Source of the DNA: Eledone cirrhosa
Lineage: Eukaryota
NCBI GenBank assembly: GCA_964016885.1
Contig: OZ024740.1
Span: forward strand, 138,446,001-138,510,000
Direction of reading: 5' to 3'
Length of the DNA stretch: 64,000 bases
Below the pieces are notes generated by a model. That model saw nothing but the letters and a program-made list of their open reading frames with translations. It ran no database searches and was not told the origin of the DNA. A program made the position numbers and the translations under genes. Of this stretch, positions 27,961 to 41,636 are shown in pieces; within the stretch, counting starts at the first letter, position 1; each line of letters opens with the position of its first letter.

Positions 27961-30900
27961 TCCCCCAAATCTCCAATTCTCTCTTTCTCTTATCACTTCT
28001 CAATCTCCAATCTCACTTTCTCTTATCACTTTCTCTCAATCTCCAATTCTCTCTCTTCTCTATCACTTTCTCTCAATCTCCAATTCTCTCTTCTCTTATC
28101 ACTATTCTCTCAATCTCCAATTCTCTCTTTCTCTTATCACTTTTCTCTCAATCTCCAATTCTCTCTTTCTCTTATCACTTTTCTCTCAATCTCCAATTCT
28201 CTCTTTCTGTTATCACTTTTCCCCAATCTCCAATTCTCTCTCTCTCTTATCACTTTTCCCCCAATCTCCAATTCTCTCTTTCTCTTATCACTTTTCTCTC
28301 AATCTCCAATTCTCTCTTTCTCTTATCACTTTTCTCTCAATATCCAATTCTCTCTTTCTCTTATCACTTTTCTCTCAATCTCCAATTCTCTCTTTCTCTT
28401 ATCACTTTTCCCCCCCAATCTCCAATTCTCTCTCTCTCTTATCACTTTTCCCCCAATATCCAATTCTCACTTTCTCTTATCACTTTTCTCTCAATCTCCA
28501 ATTCTCTCTTTCTCTTATCACTTTTCCCCCAAACTCCAATTCTCTCTCTCTCTTATCACTTTTCCCCCAATCTCCAATTCTCTCTTTCTCTTATCACTTT
28601 TCTCTCAATCTCCAATTCTCTCTTTCTCTTATCACTTTTCTCTCAATCTCCAATTCTCTCTCTCTCTTATCACTTTTCTCTCAATCTCCAATTCTCTCTC
28701 TCTCTTATCACTTTTCACCCAATCTCCAATTCTCTCTCTCTCTTATCACTTTTCCCCCAATCTCCAATTCTCTCTTTCTCTTACCACTTTTCTCTCAATC
28801 TCCAAATCTCTCTTTCTCTTATCACTTTGCCCCCAATCTCCAATTCTCTCTTTCTCTTATCACTTTTCTCTCAATCTCCAATTCTCTCTTTCTCTTATCA
28901 CTTTTCCCTCAATCTCCAATTCTCTCTTTCTCTTATCACTTTTCTCTCAATCTCCAATTCTCTCTTTCTCTTATCACTTTTCTCTCAATCTCCAATTCTC
29001 TCTTTCTCTTATCACTTTTCTCTCAATCTCCAATTCTCTCTTTCTCTTATCATTTTTCCCTCAATCTCCAATTCTCTCTTTCTCTTATCACTTTTCTCTC
29101 AATCTCCAATTCTCTCTCTCTCTTATCACTTTTCCCCAATCTCGAATTCTCTCTCTCTCTTATCACTTTTCCCCCAATCTCCAATTCTCTCTTTCTCTTA
29201 TCAGTTTTCTCTCAATCTCCAATTCTCTCTTTCTCTTATCATTTTTCCCTCAATCTCCAATTCTCTCTTTCTCTTATCACTTTTCTCTCAATCTCCAATT
29301 CTCTCTCTCTCTTATCACTTTTCCCCCAATCTCCAATTCTCTCTCTCTCTTATCACTTTTCCCCCAATCTCCAATTCTCTCTTTCTCTTATCACTTTTCT
29401 CTCAATCTCCAAATCTCTCTTTCTCGTATCACTTTTCCGCCAATCTCCAATTCTCTCTTTCTCTTATCACTTTTCCCCCAATCTCCAATTCTCTCTTTCT
29501 CTTATCACTTTTCTCTCAATCTCCAATTCTCTCTTTCTCTTATCACTTTTCCCCAATCTCCAATTCTCTCTCTCTCTCTTATCACTTTTCCCCCAATCTC
29601 CATTCTCTCATTCTCTTATCACTTTTCTCTCACTCTCCAATTCTCTCTTTCTCTTATCACTTTTCTCTCAATCTCCAATTCTCTCTTTCTCTTATCACTT
29701 TTCTCTCAATCTCCAATTCTCTCTTTCTCTTATCACTTTTCTCTCAATCTCCAATTCTCTCTTTCTCTTATCATTTTCCCCCCAATCTCCAATTCTCTCT
29801 CTCTCTTATCACTTTTCCCCAATCTCCAATTCTCTCTTTCTCTTATCACTTTTCTCTCAATCTCCAATTCTCTCTTTCTCTTATCACTTTTCTCTCAATC
29901 TCCAATTCTCTCTTTCTCTTATCACTTTTCTCTCAATCTCCAATTCTCTCTTTCTCTTATCACTTTTCTCTCAATCTCCAATTCTCTCTCTCTCTTATCA
30001 CTTTTCCCCCAATCTCCAATTCTCTCTCTCTCTTATCACTTTTCTCTCAATCTCCAATTCTCTCTCTCTCTTATCACTTTTCCCCCAATCTCCAATTCTC
30101 TCTTTCTCTTATCACTTTTCTCTCAATCTCCAATTCTCTCTCTCTCTTATCACTTTTCCCCCAATCTCCAATTCTCTCTCTCTCTTATCACTTTTCTCTC
30201 AATCTCCAATTCTCTCTCTCTCTTATCACTTTTCCCCAATCTCCAATTCTCTCTTTCTCTTATCACTTTTCTCTCAATCTCCAATTCTCTCTCTCTCTTA
30301 TCACTTTTCCCCCAATCTCCAATTCTCTCTCTCTCTTATCACTTTTCCCCCAATCTCCAATTCTCTCTTTCTCTTATCACTTTTCTCTCAATCTCCAATT
30401 CTCTCTTTCTCTTATCACTTTTCTCTCAATCTCCAATTCTCTCTTTCTCTTATCACTTTTCTCTCAATCTCCAATTCTCTCTTTCTCTTATCACTTTTCT
30501 CTCAATCTCCAATTCTCTCTTTCTCTTATCACTTTTCTCTCAATCTCCAATTCTCTCTTTCTCTTATCACTTTTCTCTCAATCTCCAATTCTCTCTTTCT
30601 GTTATCACTTTTCCCCCAATCTCCAATTCTCTCTCTCTCTTATCACTTTTCCCCCAATCTCCAATTCTCTCTTTCTCTTATCACTTTTCTCTCAATCTCC
30701 AATTCTCTCTTTCTCTTATCACTTTTCTCTCAATATCCAATTCTCTCTTTCTCTTATCACTTTTCTCTCAATCTCCAATTCTCTCTTTCTCTTATCACTT
30801 TTCCCCCCCAATCTCCAATTCTCTCTCTCTCTTATCACTTTTCCCCCAATATCCAATTCTCACTTTCTCTTATCACTTTTCTCTCAATCTCCAATTCTCT

Positions 30901-33900
30901 CTTTCTCTTATCACTTTTCCCCCAAACTCCAATTCTCTCTCTCTCTTATCACTTTTCCCCAATCTCCAATTCTCTCTTTCTCTTATCACTTTTCTCTCAA
31001 TCTCCAATTCTCTCTTTCTCTTATCACTTTTCTCTCAATCTCCAATTCTCTCTCTCTCTTATCACTTTTCTCTCAATCTCCAATTCTCTCTCTCTCTTAT
31101 CACTTTTCACCCAATCTCCAATTCTCTCTCTCTCTTATCACTTTTCCCCCAATCTCCAATTCTCTCTTTCTCTTACCACTTTTCTCTCAATCTCCAAATC
31201 TCTCTTTCTCTTATCACTTTGCCCCCAATCTCCAATTCTCTCTTTCTCTTATCACTTTTCTCTCAATCTCCAATTCTCTCTTTCTCTTATCACTTTTCCC
31301 TCAATCTCCAATTCTCTCTTTCTCTTATCACTTTTCTCTCAATCTCCAATTCTCTCTTTCTCTTATCACTTTTCTCTCAATCTCCAATTCTCTCTTTCTC
31401 TTATCACTTTTCTCTCAATCTCCAATTCTCTCTTTCTCTTATCATTTTTCCCTCAATCTCCAATTCTCTCTTTCTCTTATCACTTTTCTCTCAATCTCCA
31501 ATTCTCTCTCTCTCTTATCACTTTTCCCCCAATCTCGAATTCTCTCTCTCTCTTATCACTTTTCCCCCAATCTCCAATTCTCTCTTTCTCTTATCAGTTT
31601 TCTCTCAATCTCCAATTCTCTCTTTCTCTTATCATTTTTCCCTCAATCTCCAATTCTCTCTTTCTCTTATCACTTTTCTCTCAATCTCCAATTCTCTCTC
31701 TCTCTTATCACTTTTCCCCCAATCTCCAATTCTCTCTCTCTCTTATCACTTTTCCCCCAATCTCCAATTCTCTCTTTCTCTTATCACTTTTCTCTCAATC
31801 TCCAAATCTCTCTTTCTCGTATCACTTTTCCGCCAATCTCCAATTCTCTCTTTCTCTTATCACTTTTCTCTCAATCTCCAATTCTCTCTTTCTCTTATCA
31901 CTTTTCCCTCAATCTCCAATTCTCTCTTTCTCTTATCACTTTTCTCTCAATCTCCAATTCTCTCTTTCTCTTATCACTTTTCTCTCAATCTCCAATTCTC
32001 TCTTTCTCTTATCACTTTTCTCTCAATCTCCAATTCTCTCTTTCTCTTATCACTTTTCTCTCAATAACCAATTCTCTCTCTCTCTTATCACTTTTCTCTC
32101 AATCTCCAATTCTCTCCCTCTCTCTTATCACTTTTCCCCCAATCTCCAATTCTCTCTCTCTATTATCACTTTTCCCCAATCTCCAATTCTCTCTTTCTCT
32201 TATCACTTTTCTCTCAATCTCCAATTCTCTCTCTCTCTTATCACTTTTCCCCCAATCTCCAATTCTCTCTTTCTCTTATCACTTTTCTCTCAATCTCCAA
32301 TTCTCTCTCTCTCTTATCACTTTTCCCCCAATCTCCAATTCTCTCTCTCTCTTATCACTTTTCCCCCAAACTCCAATTCTCTCTTTCTCTTATCACTTTT
32401 CTCTCAATCTCCAATTCTCTCTTTCTCTTATCACTTTTCTCTCAATCTCCAATTCTCTCTTTCTCTTATCACTTTTCTCTCAATCTCCAATTCTCTCTTT
32501 CTCTTATCACTTTTCTCTCAATCTCCAATTCACTCTTTCTCTTATCACTTTTCTCTCAATCTCCAATTCTCTCTCTCTCTTATCACTTTTCCCCCAATCT
32601 CCAATTCTCTCTCTCTCTTATCACTTTTCCCCCAATCTTCAATTCTCTCTGTTTCTTATCCCTTTTCTCTCAATCTCCAATTCTCTCTTTCTCTTATCAT
32701 TTTTCTCTCAATCTCCAATTCTCTCTGTTTCTTATCACTTTTCTCTCAATCTCCAATTCTCTCTTTCTCTTATCACTTTTCCCCCAATCTCCAATTCTCT
32801 CTTTCTCTTATCACTTTTCTCTCAATCTCCAATTCTCTCTTTCTCTTATCACTTTTCTCTCAATCTCCAATTCTCTCTGTTTCTTATCACTTTTCTCTCA
32901 ATCTCCAATTCTCTCTTTCTCTTATCACTTTTCTCTCAATCTCCAATTCTCTCTTTCTCTTATCACTTTTCTCTCAATCTCCAATTCTCTCTTTCTCTTA
33001 TCATTTTCCCCCCAATCTCCAATTCTCTCTCTCTCTTATCACTTTTCTCTCAATCTCCAATTCTCTCTCTCTCTTATCACTTTTCCCCCAATCTCCAATT
33101 CTCTCTTTCTCTTATCACTTTTCTCTCAATCTCCAATTCTCTCTCTCTCTTATCACTTTTCCCCCAATCTCCAATTCTCTCTCTCTCTTATCACTTTTCC
33201 CCCAATCTCCAATTCTCTCTTTCACTTATCACTTTTCTCTCAATCTCCAAATCTCTCTTTCTCTTATCACTTTTCCCCCAATCTCCAATTCTCTCTTTCT
33301 CTTATCACTTTTCTCTCAATCTCCAATTCTCTCTTTCTCTTATCATTTTTCCCTCAATCTCCAATTCTCTCTTTCTCTTATCACTTTTCTCTCAATCTCC
33401 AATTCTCTCTTTCTCTTATCACTTTTCTCTCAATCTCCAATTCTCTCTTTCTCTTATCACTTTTCTCTCAAACTCCAATTCTCTCTTTCTCTTATCACTT
33501 TTCTCTCAATCTCCAATTCTCTCATTCTCTTATCACTTTTCCCCCAATCTCCAATTCTCTCTCTCTCTTATCACTTTTCCCCCAATCTCCAATTCTCTCT
33601 TTCTCTTATCACTTTTCTCTCAATCTCCAATTCTCTCTTTCTCTTATCACTTTTCTCTCAATATCCAATTCTCTCTTTCTCTTATCACTTTTCTCTCAAT
33701 CTCCAATTCTCTCTTTCTCTTATCACTTTTCCCCCAATCTCCAATTCTCTCTCTCTCTTATCACTTTTCCCCCAAACTCCAATTCTCTCTTTCTCTTATC
33801 ACTTTTCCCCCAATCTCCAATTCTCTCTTTCTCTTATCACTTTTCTCTCAATCTCCAATTCTCTCTTTCTCTTATCACTTTTCCCCCAATCTCCAATTCT

Positions 33901-36900
33901 CTCTCTCTCTCTTATCACTTTTCCCCCAATCTCCAATTCTCTCATTCTCTTATCACTTTTCTCTCACTCTCCAATTCTCTCTTTCTCTTATCACTTTTCT
34001 CTCAATCTCCAATTCTCTCTTTCTCTTATCACTTTTCTCTCAATCTCCAATTCTCTCTTTCTCTTATCACTTTTCTCTCAATCTCCAATTCTCTCTTTCT
34101 CTTATCATTTTCCCCCCAATCTCCAATTCTCTCTCTCTCTTATCACTTTTCCCCCAATCTCCAATTCTCTCTTTCTCTTATCACTTTTCTCTCAATCTCC
34201 AATTCTCTCTTTCTCTTATCACTTTTCTCTCAATCTCCAATTCTCTCTTTCTCTTATCACTTTTCTCTCAATCTCCAATTCTCTCTTTCTCTTATCACTT
34301 TTCTCTCAATCTCCAATTCTCTCTCTCTCTTATCACTTTTCCCCCAATCTCCAATTCTCTCTCTCTCTTATCACTTTTCTCTCAATCTCCAATTCTCTCT
34401 CTCTCTTATCACTTTTCCCCCAATCTCCAATTCTCTCTTTCTCTTATCACTTTTCTCTCAATCTCCAATTCTCTCTCTCTCTTATCACTTTTCCCCCAAT
34501 CTCCAATTCTCTCTCTCTCTTATCACTTTTCTCTCAATCTCCAATTCTCTCTCTCTCTTATCACTTTTCCCCCAATCTCCAATTCTCTCTTTCTCTTATC
34601 ACTTTTCTCTCAATCTCCAATTCTCTCTCTCTCTTATCACTTTTCCCCCAATCTCCAATTCTCTCTCTCTCTTATCACTTTTCCCCCAATCTCCAATTCT
34701 CTCTTTCTCTTATCACTTTTCTCTCAATCTCCAATTCTCTCTTTCTCTTATCACTTTTCTCTCAATCTCCAATTCTCTCTTTCTCTTATCACTTTTCTCT
34801 CAATCTCCAATTCTCTCTTTCTCTTATCACTTTTCTCTCAATCTCCAATTCTCTCTTTCTCTTATCACTTTTCTCTCAATCTCCAATTCTCTCTTTCTCT
34901 TATCACTTTTCTCTCAATCTCCAATTCTCTCTTTCTCTTATCACTTTTCCCCCAATCTCCAATTCTCTCTCTCTCTTATCACTTTTCCCCCAATCTCCAA
35001 TTCTCTCTTTCTCTTATCACTTTTCTCTCAATCTCCAATTCTCTCTTTCTCTTATCACTTTTCTCTCAATATCCAATTCTCTCTTTCTCTTATCACTTTT
35101 CTCTCAATCTCCAATTCTCTCTTTCTCTTATCACTTTTCCCCCCAATCTCCAATTCTCTCTCTCTCTTATCACTTTTCCCCCAATATCCAATTCTCACTT
35201 TCTCTTATCACTTTTCTCTCAATCTCCAATTCTCTCTCTCTCTTATCACTTTTCCCCCAAACTCCAATTCTCTCTCTCTCTTATCACTTTTCCCCCAATC
35301 TCCAATTCTCTCTTTCTCTTATCACTTTTCTCTCAATCTCCAATTCTCTCTTTCTCTTATCACTTTTCTCTCAATATCCAATTCTCTCTCTCTCTTATCA
35401 CTTTTCTCTCAATCTCCAATTCTCTCTCTCTCTTATCACTTTTCGCCCAATCTCCAATTCTCTCTCTCTCTTATCACTTTTCCCGCAATCTCCAATTCTC
35501 TCTTTCTCTTACCACTTTTCTCTCAATCTCCAAATCTCTCTTTCTCTTATCACTTTCCCCCCAATCTCCAATTCTCTCTTTCTCTTATCACTTTTCTCTC
35601 AATCTCCAATTCTCTCTTTCTCTTATCACTTTTCCCTCAATCTCCAATTCTCTCTTTCTCTTATCACTTTTCTCTCAATCTCCAATTCTCTCTTTCTTTT
35701 ATCACTTTTCTCTCAATAACCAATTCTCTCTCTCTCTTATCACTTTTCTCTCAATCTCCAATTCTCTCCCTCTCTCTTATCACTTTTCCCCCAATCTCCA
35801 ATTCTCTCTCTCTATTATCACTTTTCCCCCAATCTCCAATTCTCTCTTTCTCTTATCACTTTTCTCTCAATCTCCAATTCTCTCTCTCTCTTATCACTTT
35901 TCCCCCAATCTCCAATTCTCTCTTTCTCTTATCACTTTTCTCTCAATCTCCAATTCTCTCTCTCTCTTATCACTTTTCCCCCAATCTCCAATTCTCTCTC
36001 TCTCTTATCACTTTTCCCCCAAACTCCAATTCTCTCTTTCTCTTATCACTTTTCTCTCAATCTCCAAATCTCTCTTTCTCTTATCACTTTTCCCCCAATC
36101 TCCAATTCTCTCTTTCTCTTATCACTTTTCTCTCAATCTCCAATTCTCTCTTTCTCTTATCATTTTTCCCTCAATCTCCAATTCTCTCTTTCTCTTATCA
36201 CTTTTCTCTCAATCTCCAATTCTCTCTTTCTCTTATCACTTTTCTCTCAATCTCCAATTCTCTCTTTCTCTTATCACTTTTCTCTCAATCTCCAATTCTC
36301 TCTTTCTCTTATCACTTTTCTCTCAATATCCAATTCTCTCTCTCTCTTATCACTTTTCTCTCAATCTCCAATTCTCTCTCTCTCTTATCACTTTTCCCCC
36401 AATCTCCAATTCTCTCTCTCTCTTATCACTTTTCCCCCAATCTTCAATTCTCTCTGTTTCTTATCCCTTTTCTCTCAATCTCCAATTCTCTCTTTCTCTT
36501 ATCATTTTTCTCTCAATCTCCAATTCTCTCTGTTTCTTATCACTTTTCTCTCAATCTCCAATTCTGTCTTTCTCTTATCACTTTTCCCCCAATCTCCAAT
36601 TCTCTCTTTCTCTTATCACTTTTCTCTCAATCTCCAATTCTCTCTTTCTCTTATCACTTTTCTCTCAATCTCCAATTCTCTCTGTTTCTTATCACTTTTC
36701 TCTCAATCTCCAATTCTCTCTTTCTCTTATCACTTTTCTCTCAATCTCCAATTCTCTCTTTCTCTTATCACTTTTCTCTCAATCTCCAATTCTCTCTCTC
36801 TCTTATCACTTTTCCCCCAATCTCCAATTCTCTCTCTCTCATATCACTTTTCTCTCAATCTTCAATTCTCTCTGTTTCTTATCCCTTTTCTCTCAATCTC

Positions 36901-37109
36901 CAATTCTCTCTTTCTCTTATCATTTTTCTCTCAATCTCCAATTCTCTCTGTTTCTTATCACTTTTCTCTCAATCTCCAATTCTCTCTTTCTCTTATCACT
37001 TTTCTCTCAATCTCCAATTCTCTCTTTCTCTTATCACTTTTCTCTCAATCTCCAATTCTCTCTTTCTCTTATCACTTTTCTCTCAATTTCCAACTCTCTC
37101 TTTCTCTTA
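27961..37109 (+). repeat. 38-bp satellite array (satellite A), block 2
   Basis: Same monomer and orientation as block 1. Internal ~2,392-bp duplication (TTTGCCCCC at ~28,827 and ~31,219; TACCAC at 28,782 and 31,174). Ends abruptly at ...TTTCTCTTA 37,109. Confidence 0.97.
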
Positions 37110-37689
37110 CAAACAACTAACCAAACACACACACCTTTAATGACTTTGAACATGTTTGTGTATTTAATTCAATATTAAATGCTGTTCGCTGTCGCAGCAT
37201 CTTACTGTATGTTTTTGGCCGTATCTAAACTCCGTTTCTTCTCTGGGTGTGTCTAAACCTGTAGTGATTTTGAGAAATTTATTAACATAATTGAATTTGT
37301 CTTTCTGATAAAAGAAATATTCTCTACATTTTCATTTATAACTGGAATAAATATATGCTTTAAATAACCGTTTAGGATATTTTTTTTTATCAATATATCT
37401 TGATTATTCCCAAACTATACTTATGTTTACAATGAAAAAGTGGTCAACGTACAATAACATGTTTTGATAGTCCTGATTATCAAATCCACAATTTTAAAAT
37501 TGCGTGAAAGAAGTAAGACATGAGAGCAATAAAACTTTGTAATTTTTATCGCTTAGTCAGGAGGAAGAGAAATGCCTGTGACCTTTTAAGGTCCCCCAAG
37601 ATATGAGGGGGAGGGGGAGGTATCTTTAAACTGGAGACCTGGTCGGAAACGTTTGCAACAGAGTGGACTCTACTAACGGCAACGAGATT

Positions 37690-38550
37690 TATGTGATAGT
37701 GTTATATACAAGCTCATAAGACTGATGTAACAAAATTTAGTCATAAAAATACTGCTGTAACAAACTTATGTTTCCAACCAGCTATAAAAGCAGATTTCAC
37801 GTAGCTAAATAACAAATTTGAAGAAAAGTTTGCTCCATTCGTAGCCTGCCAGGCAACAATTTGTAAAATAGAGCATTTAGAACTTAATAAAAGAAATCCT
37901 TTATCAATTGAAGGTGTTTTGAAACTATACAGAGCAATTTACATTTATAGAAAAATGTACAAACAAACTGAAGACATAAGTAAAAGCCAATGGATATTGT
38001 TTGTGAAAAGCTTCTCTGTTTATGTGTTAGATATTACAATAAATAACGAAATAAAATTAAGTCACAGTTTTCAGGATTAACTTCTGTTGCAAAAATTCCT
38101 ACTGAGGTGTTGCATTAAGTCACGAAACACTTCTTGAATCACAATATCTCCCAAACGAGAAAATCTTTTGGATACGAGTTCACGTTTTTGCCAGTAAAAT
38201 TCCATTAAAACCTATGCAAGGAAGCATTGTAAAAAAATGGTATTGAAACTTTTTGAAACGGGCTTGCAAAGAACTGAATTGTTTACCTAAAAAGACTGAA
38301 AGATTAACTAAATTTCCCAGAAAGTTTCTTTTAGAAATCCTTACTTATCTTTTGCAGTTCCCCCATTAGCTTTGACTGATCAATATAAAATTAGAGAGTC
38401 AGTGCAATATGTTTCCTAAATATATTCCCATTGACAGCACACATCATGGGACTGAACAATACCACGGTCGAAAGAGTATTTTCAAGAGTAAACTACATGA
38501 AAACTAAAAATAGGTGGTGGCCGGATCTACTTCCATCAATTTTATTACTA
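37690..38550 (+). pseudogene. Decayed hAT-superfamily DNA transposase fragment
   Basis: Manual translation through stops and frameshifts gives FEEKFAPFVACQATICKIEHLELNK (~37,820), MDIVCEKLLCLCVRYYNK*RNKIKSQFSGLTSV (from 37,990) and NNTTVERVFSRVNYMKTKNR (~38,455-38,515). These resemble the hAT catalytic region and the C-terminal dimerisation motif (ERxFS). No TIRs identified. Confidence 0.65.
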
Positions 38551-39126
38551 ATAATAAAACTTAAAGAACAAAACATTTACTACTAGGATTTTACCACGAG
38601 AGGATCCATAATAAACTAGCGACTGACATTTTGGATGCATAAAATTTTAATTTTTAAAGGTAAGAACCCTACTGGATTAAATAATTATCTAATTATTGAT
38701 TATATTCAACCTGATAAATTTGAACCGACCTACAGGCAATCCCTATATAACGAATTTGTGTAATTGTTTTTCAGAAACGTAATCTCCAATGTTTAAAGCA
38801 GAACTCCAAATAAAGTATCTATTAAATATATATAAAAAATAAGTATTGGGATAAGTCAGCATATATAAGCGTGAAACTAATGTTAATACATTCTTTTGTT
38901 CGTTTCTTGTTTTGATATATATATGGAGGGAATATATTAGGTTAACATTTGATATAGCAGGAAGAGGGTCTTAAGGTTTCGGATGCTAGTCTTTCATCAG
39001 AAGAAAGAATGAGAAATAAGATAGATTGAGGGGACGGGTGGGTTGATGGTGCCGTAACTCCCGATAAAGTCGTTGGGGTGCCGATGGCAATTTGTAAAAC
39101 CTGATGGAGCACATTTTCTCTCTAAG

Positions 39127-39180
39127 ACACACACACACACACATACACACACACATATATTTATATATATGCATATATAT

Positions 39181-39234
<54 letters not shown>

Positions 39235-39317
39235 ACACACACATATATATATATGCATATATATAAACACACACAAACATATATATATATATGCATATAT
39301 ATAAACACACACACACA

Positions 39318-39370
<53 letters not shown>

Positions 39371-39380
39371 GCGTATATAT
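39127..39380. repeat. Compound (CA)n/(TA)n microsatellite
   Basis: (CA)n tracts separated by a repeated ATATATATGCATATATATAAA spacer. Confidence 0.95.
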
Positions 39381-39892
39381 TTATTATTCACCAGCAAAAT
39401 TGTTGGAATATTCCGAACAAAATCAACTACTTTTGAAAATTTATGTTGCTTTTTAAAAAAATCCTATCTATCATCCCTAGCCAAACCTCGTAATTTGATT
39501 GGTTGTTGGGATACTATAGTGTTAGCGTTGTTGAAATATATGAGTAGAAAATACTGGTTATACGGAAATATAATGTAAAACGAGAAATGGAAAATGGAAA
39601 AATAGGGAGAAAATTGTGGAGAAGAATAGAAAAGAAAGAAACGATAAGTTGAAAGAAAATAAGAAAAAGGACATTTAGGATTATCACATAATATATATTG
39701 ATTGAAAACGCCGATATATATACAAAGGAAAAAGTAATAAAAGAAAGAAAAGGAAGAACATTTTTTTCCTAAAAAGTTTATAGTATTTTTCTTTTCAATC
39801 GGTGTATTATGCAATCGTTTTAAATCTCTTGTTATTCTCTTGTCTTTTATTTATCATATGTTCTTCCCTTCGTTTTTTTTCATCTACTATTT

Positions 39893-40105
39893 TATATCCT
39901 AATTGTATATCAACGCTATAGGATCCGCAACTCCAGTCCAAATTACAAGTTTATTTCTAAAATATCTCGTGATATTTTCGTGATGTTAGACCATATATTT
40001 CTATATTTTTATATTTCTACACATATGCCCATTATTAATCTAACTACTACTAAAAGAACCGAAAGGCGAACAAACCGACTCGTAACTTTGATTAAATATT
40101 CTACG

Positions 40106-40184
<79 letters not shown>

Positions 40185-40207
40185 TTATATATATATATAT
40201 TCATACA

Positions 40208-40268
<61 letters not shown>

Positions 40269-40677
40269 GCAAAAGTTCTATTTAAATTGTTGGGATACAA
40301 CAAGTAAATATTTTTATAACTGATATAAAGCACTCGACAAGTATTTGGAGTAGATATACGATATTAATAAATGGAAACTATATTTATAAAACCATATTTA
40401 TTTCATTATACATATTTCAAGGATACCAAGTTAAATTATGGTATGCCTTCATCAGACAAAATACAATATATATATCAGTTTTACAAATAAGCATTGACGT
40501 ACCCTTTCAAAATGCGACCATTACTTTTGGAGGACATCAGGATAGTGGTTTGTTTATATTATTTTAGTAAGTCTTAGTGTTAAGGACAATTACAAAAGAC
40601 GGAGAGAGATATATATATATATACACACACACATGTATGAATATATATATGTGTGTGGGGGGGGGGGCGTGTATATT

Positions 40678-40726
<49 letters not shown>

Positions 40727-40938
40727 GTAGAATATTTAATCAAAGTTACGAGTCGGTTTGTTCGCCTTTCGGTTCTTTTAGTAGTAGTTAGATTAATAAT
40801 GGGCATATGTGTAGAAATATAAAAATATAGAAATATATGGTCTAACATCTCGAAAATATCACGAGATATTTTAGAAATAAACTTGTAATTTGGACTGGAG
40901 TTGCGGATCCTATAGCGTTGATATACAATTAGGATATA
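39893..40938. repeat. Inverted repeat pair: ~215-bp unique arms plus adjoining microsatellites
   Basis: 39,893-~40,108 (TATATCCTAATTGTATATCAACGCTATAGGATCCGC...TTCTACGTATA) is the near-exact reverse complement of ~40,722-40,938. TTCATACATGTGTGTG is also mirrored at ~40,625-40,642. Confidence 0.92.
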
Positions 40939-41019
40939 CATATATATATATATTTATATATGTAGTGTAGTGTAATTTGAGCTCCCATACACCTAGCTGC
41001 TCAAATAGAAAGCCAGAGT

Positions 41020-41410
41020 ATTTCCCCTTGACTAAGCTTGCAAAGTGACCGCTGTGATATACGAGTCCGAGGTCACCTCAACCCAAATAAACCAACAATA
41101 GGAAGTCAGAAACTACGTAGGATTATCGGAAGACCGATTTAAAAACCGCTTCCGAAACCACGGGAGGACCTTTAGATATCCGCAAAAAAGAGAAAACACT
41201 AAACTTGCAAACCATCTGTGGACACTTTAGATAGTGGCACTAATTTTTCCATCAAATGGAAGATTGTTGAAAGATGCCGACCCTATGCAAATGACTCAAA
41301 TTCATACCAATTGTGTACGGTGGAAATATGGAACATTCTAAAAAAGTTACACCAACTGTCTAAATGCGAGAGCAGATTTCTCCAATCGTTGTCTCCACGC
41401 TTTAAATTAG
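41020..41410 (+). pseudogene. Penelope-like retroelement GIY-YIG endonuclease fragment (decayed)
   Basis: Manual translation: CKVTAVIYESEVTS...*EVRNYVGLSEDRFKNRFRNHGRTFRYPQKRENTKLANHLWTL, frameshift, FSIKWKIVERCRPY...YQLCTVEIWNIL, then LNARADFSNRCLH. The VIY/YVG/R..H/E/LN spacing fits the C-terminal endonuclease of Penelope-like elements. Confidence 0.8.
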
Positions 41411-41636
41411 TCCTGAAAAACTGGAAAAATTCACCCTTGCCAGATAAAAAAACAAACAAACAAACTCTATCACCACAGATTCCACTCACTAACCACTGAT
41501 ATCAGATATCTACTTCCAGATGGATCCTCCTGTCTAAACTCATTATTTTACCTGCCAACTCCATTTAGACCCTACAATAGTGAGCTCCTATTATTTCCTC
41601 ATATAATGTTTTTTGTATAACCTATTTTTAAATTAT

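Noticed and set aside
1-37109. CRISPR-like periodicity (38 bp)
   Set aside because: Monomers are contiguous with no unique spacers, there are no cas genes, and the context is eukaryotic.
2112-37178. Very long S/L/F/P-rich ORFs (up to 2,783 aa)
   Set aside because: They are translations of the 38-bp satellite, which has no stop codon on the G-free strand (38-aa period = 3 monomers). Starts are non-ATG variants.
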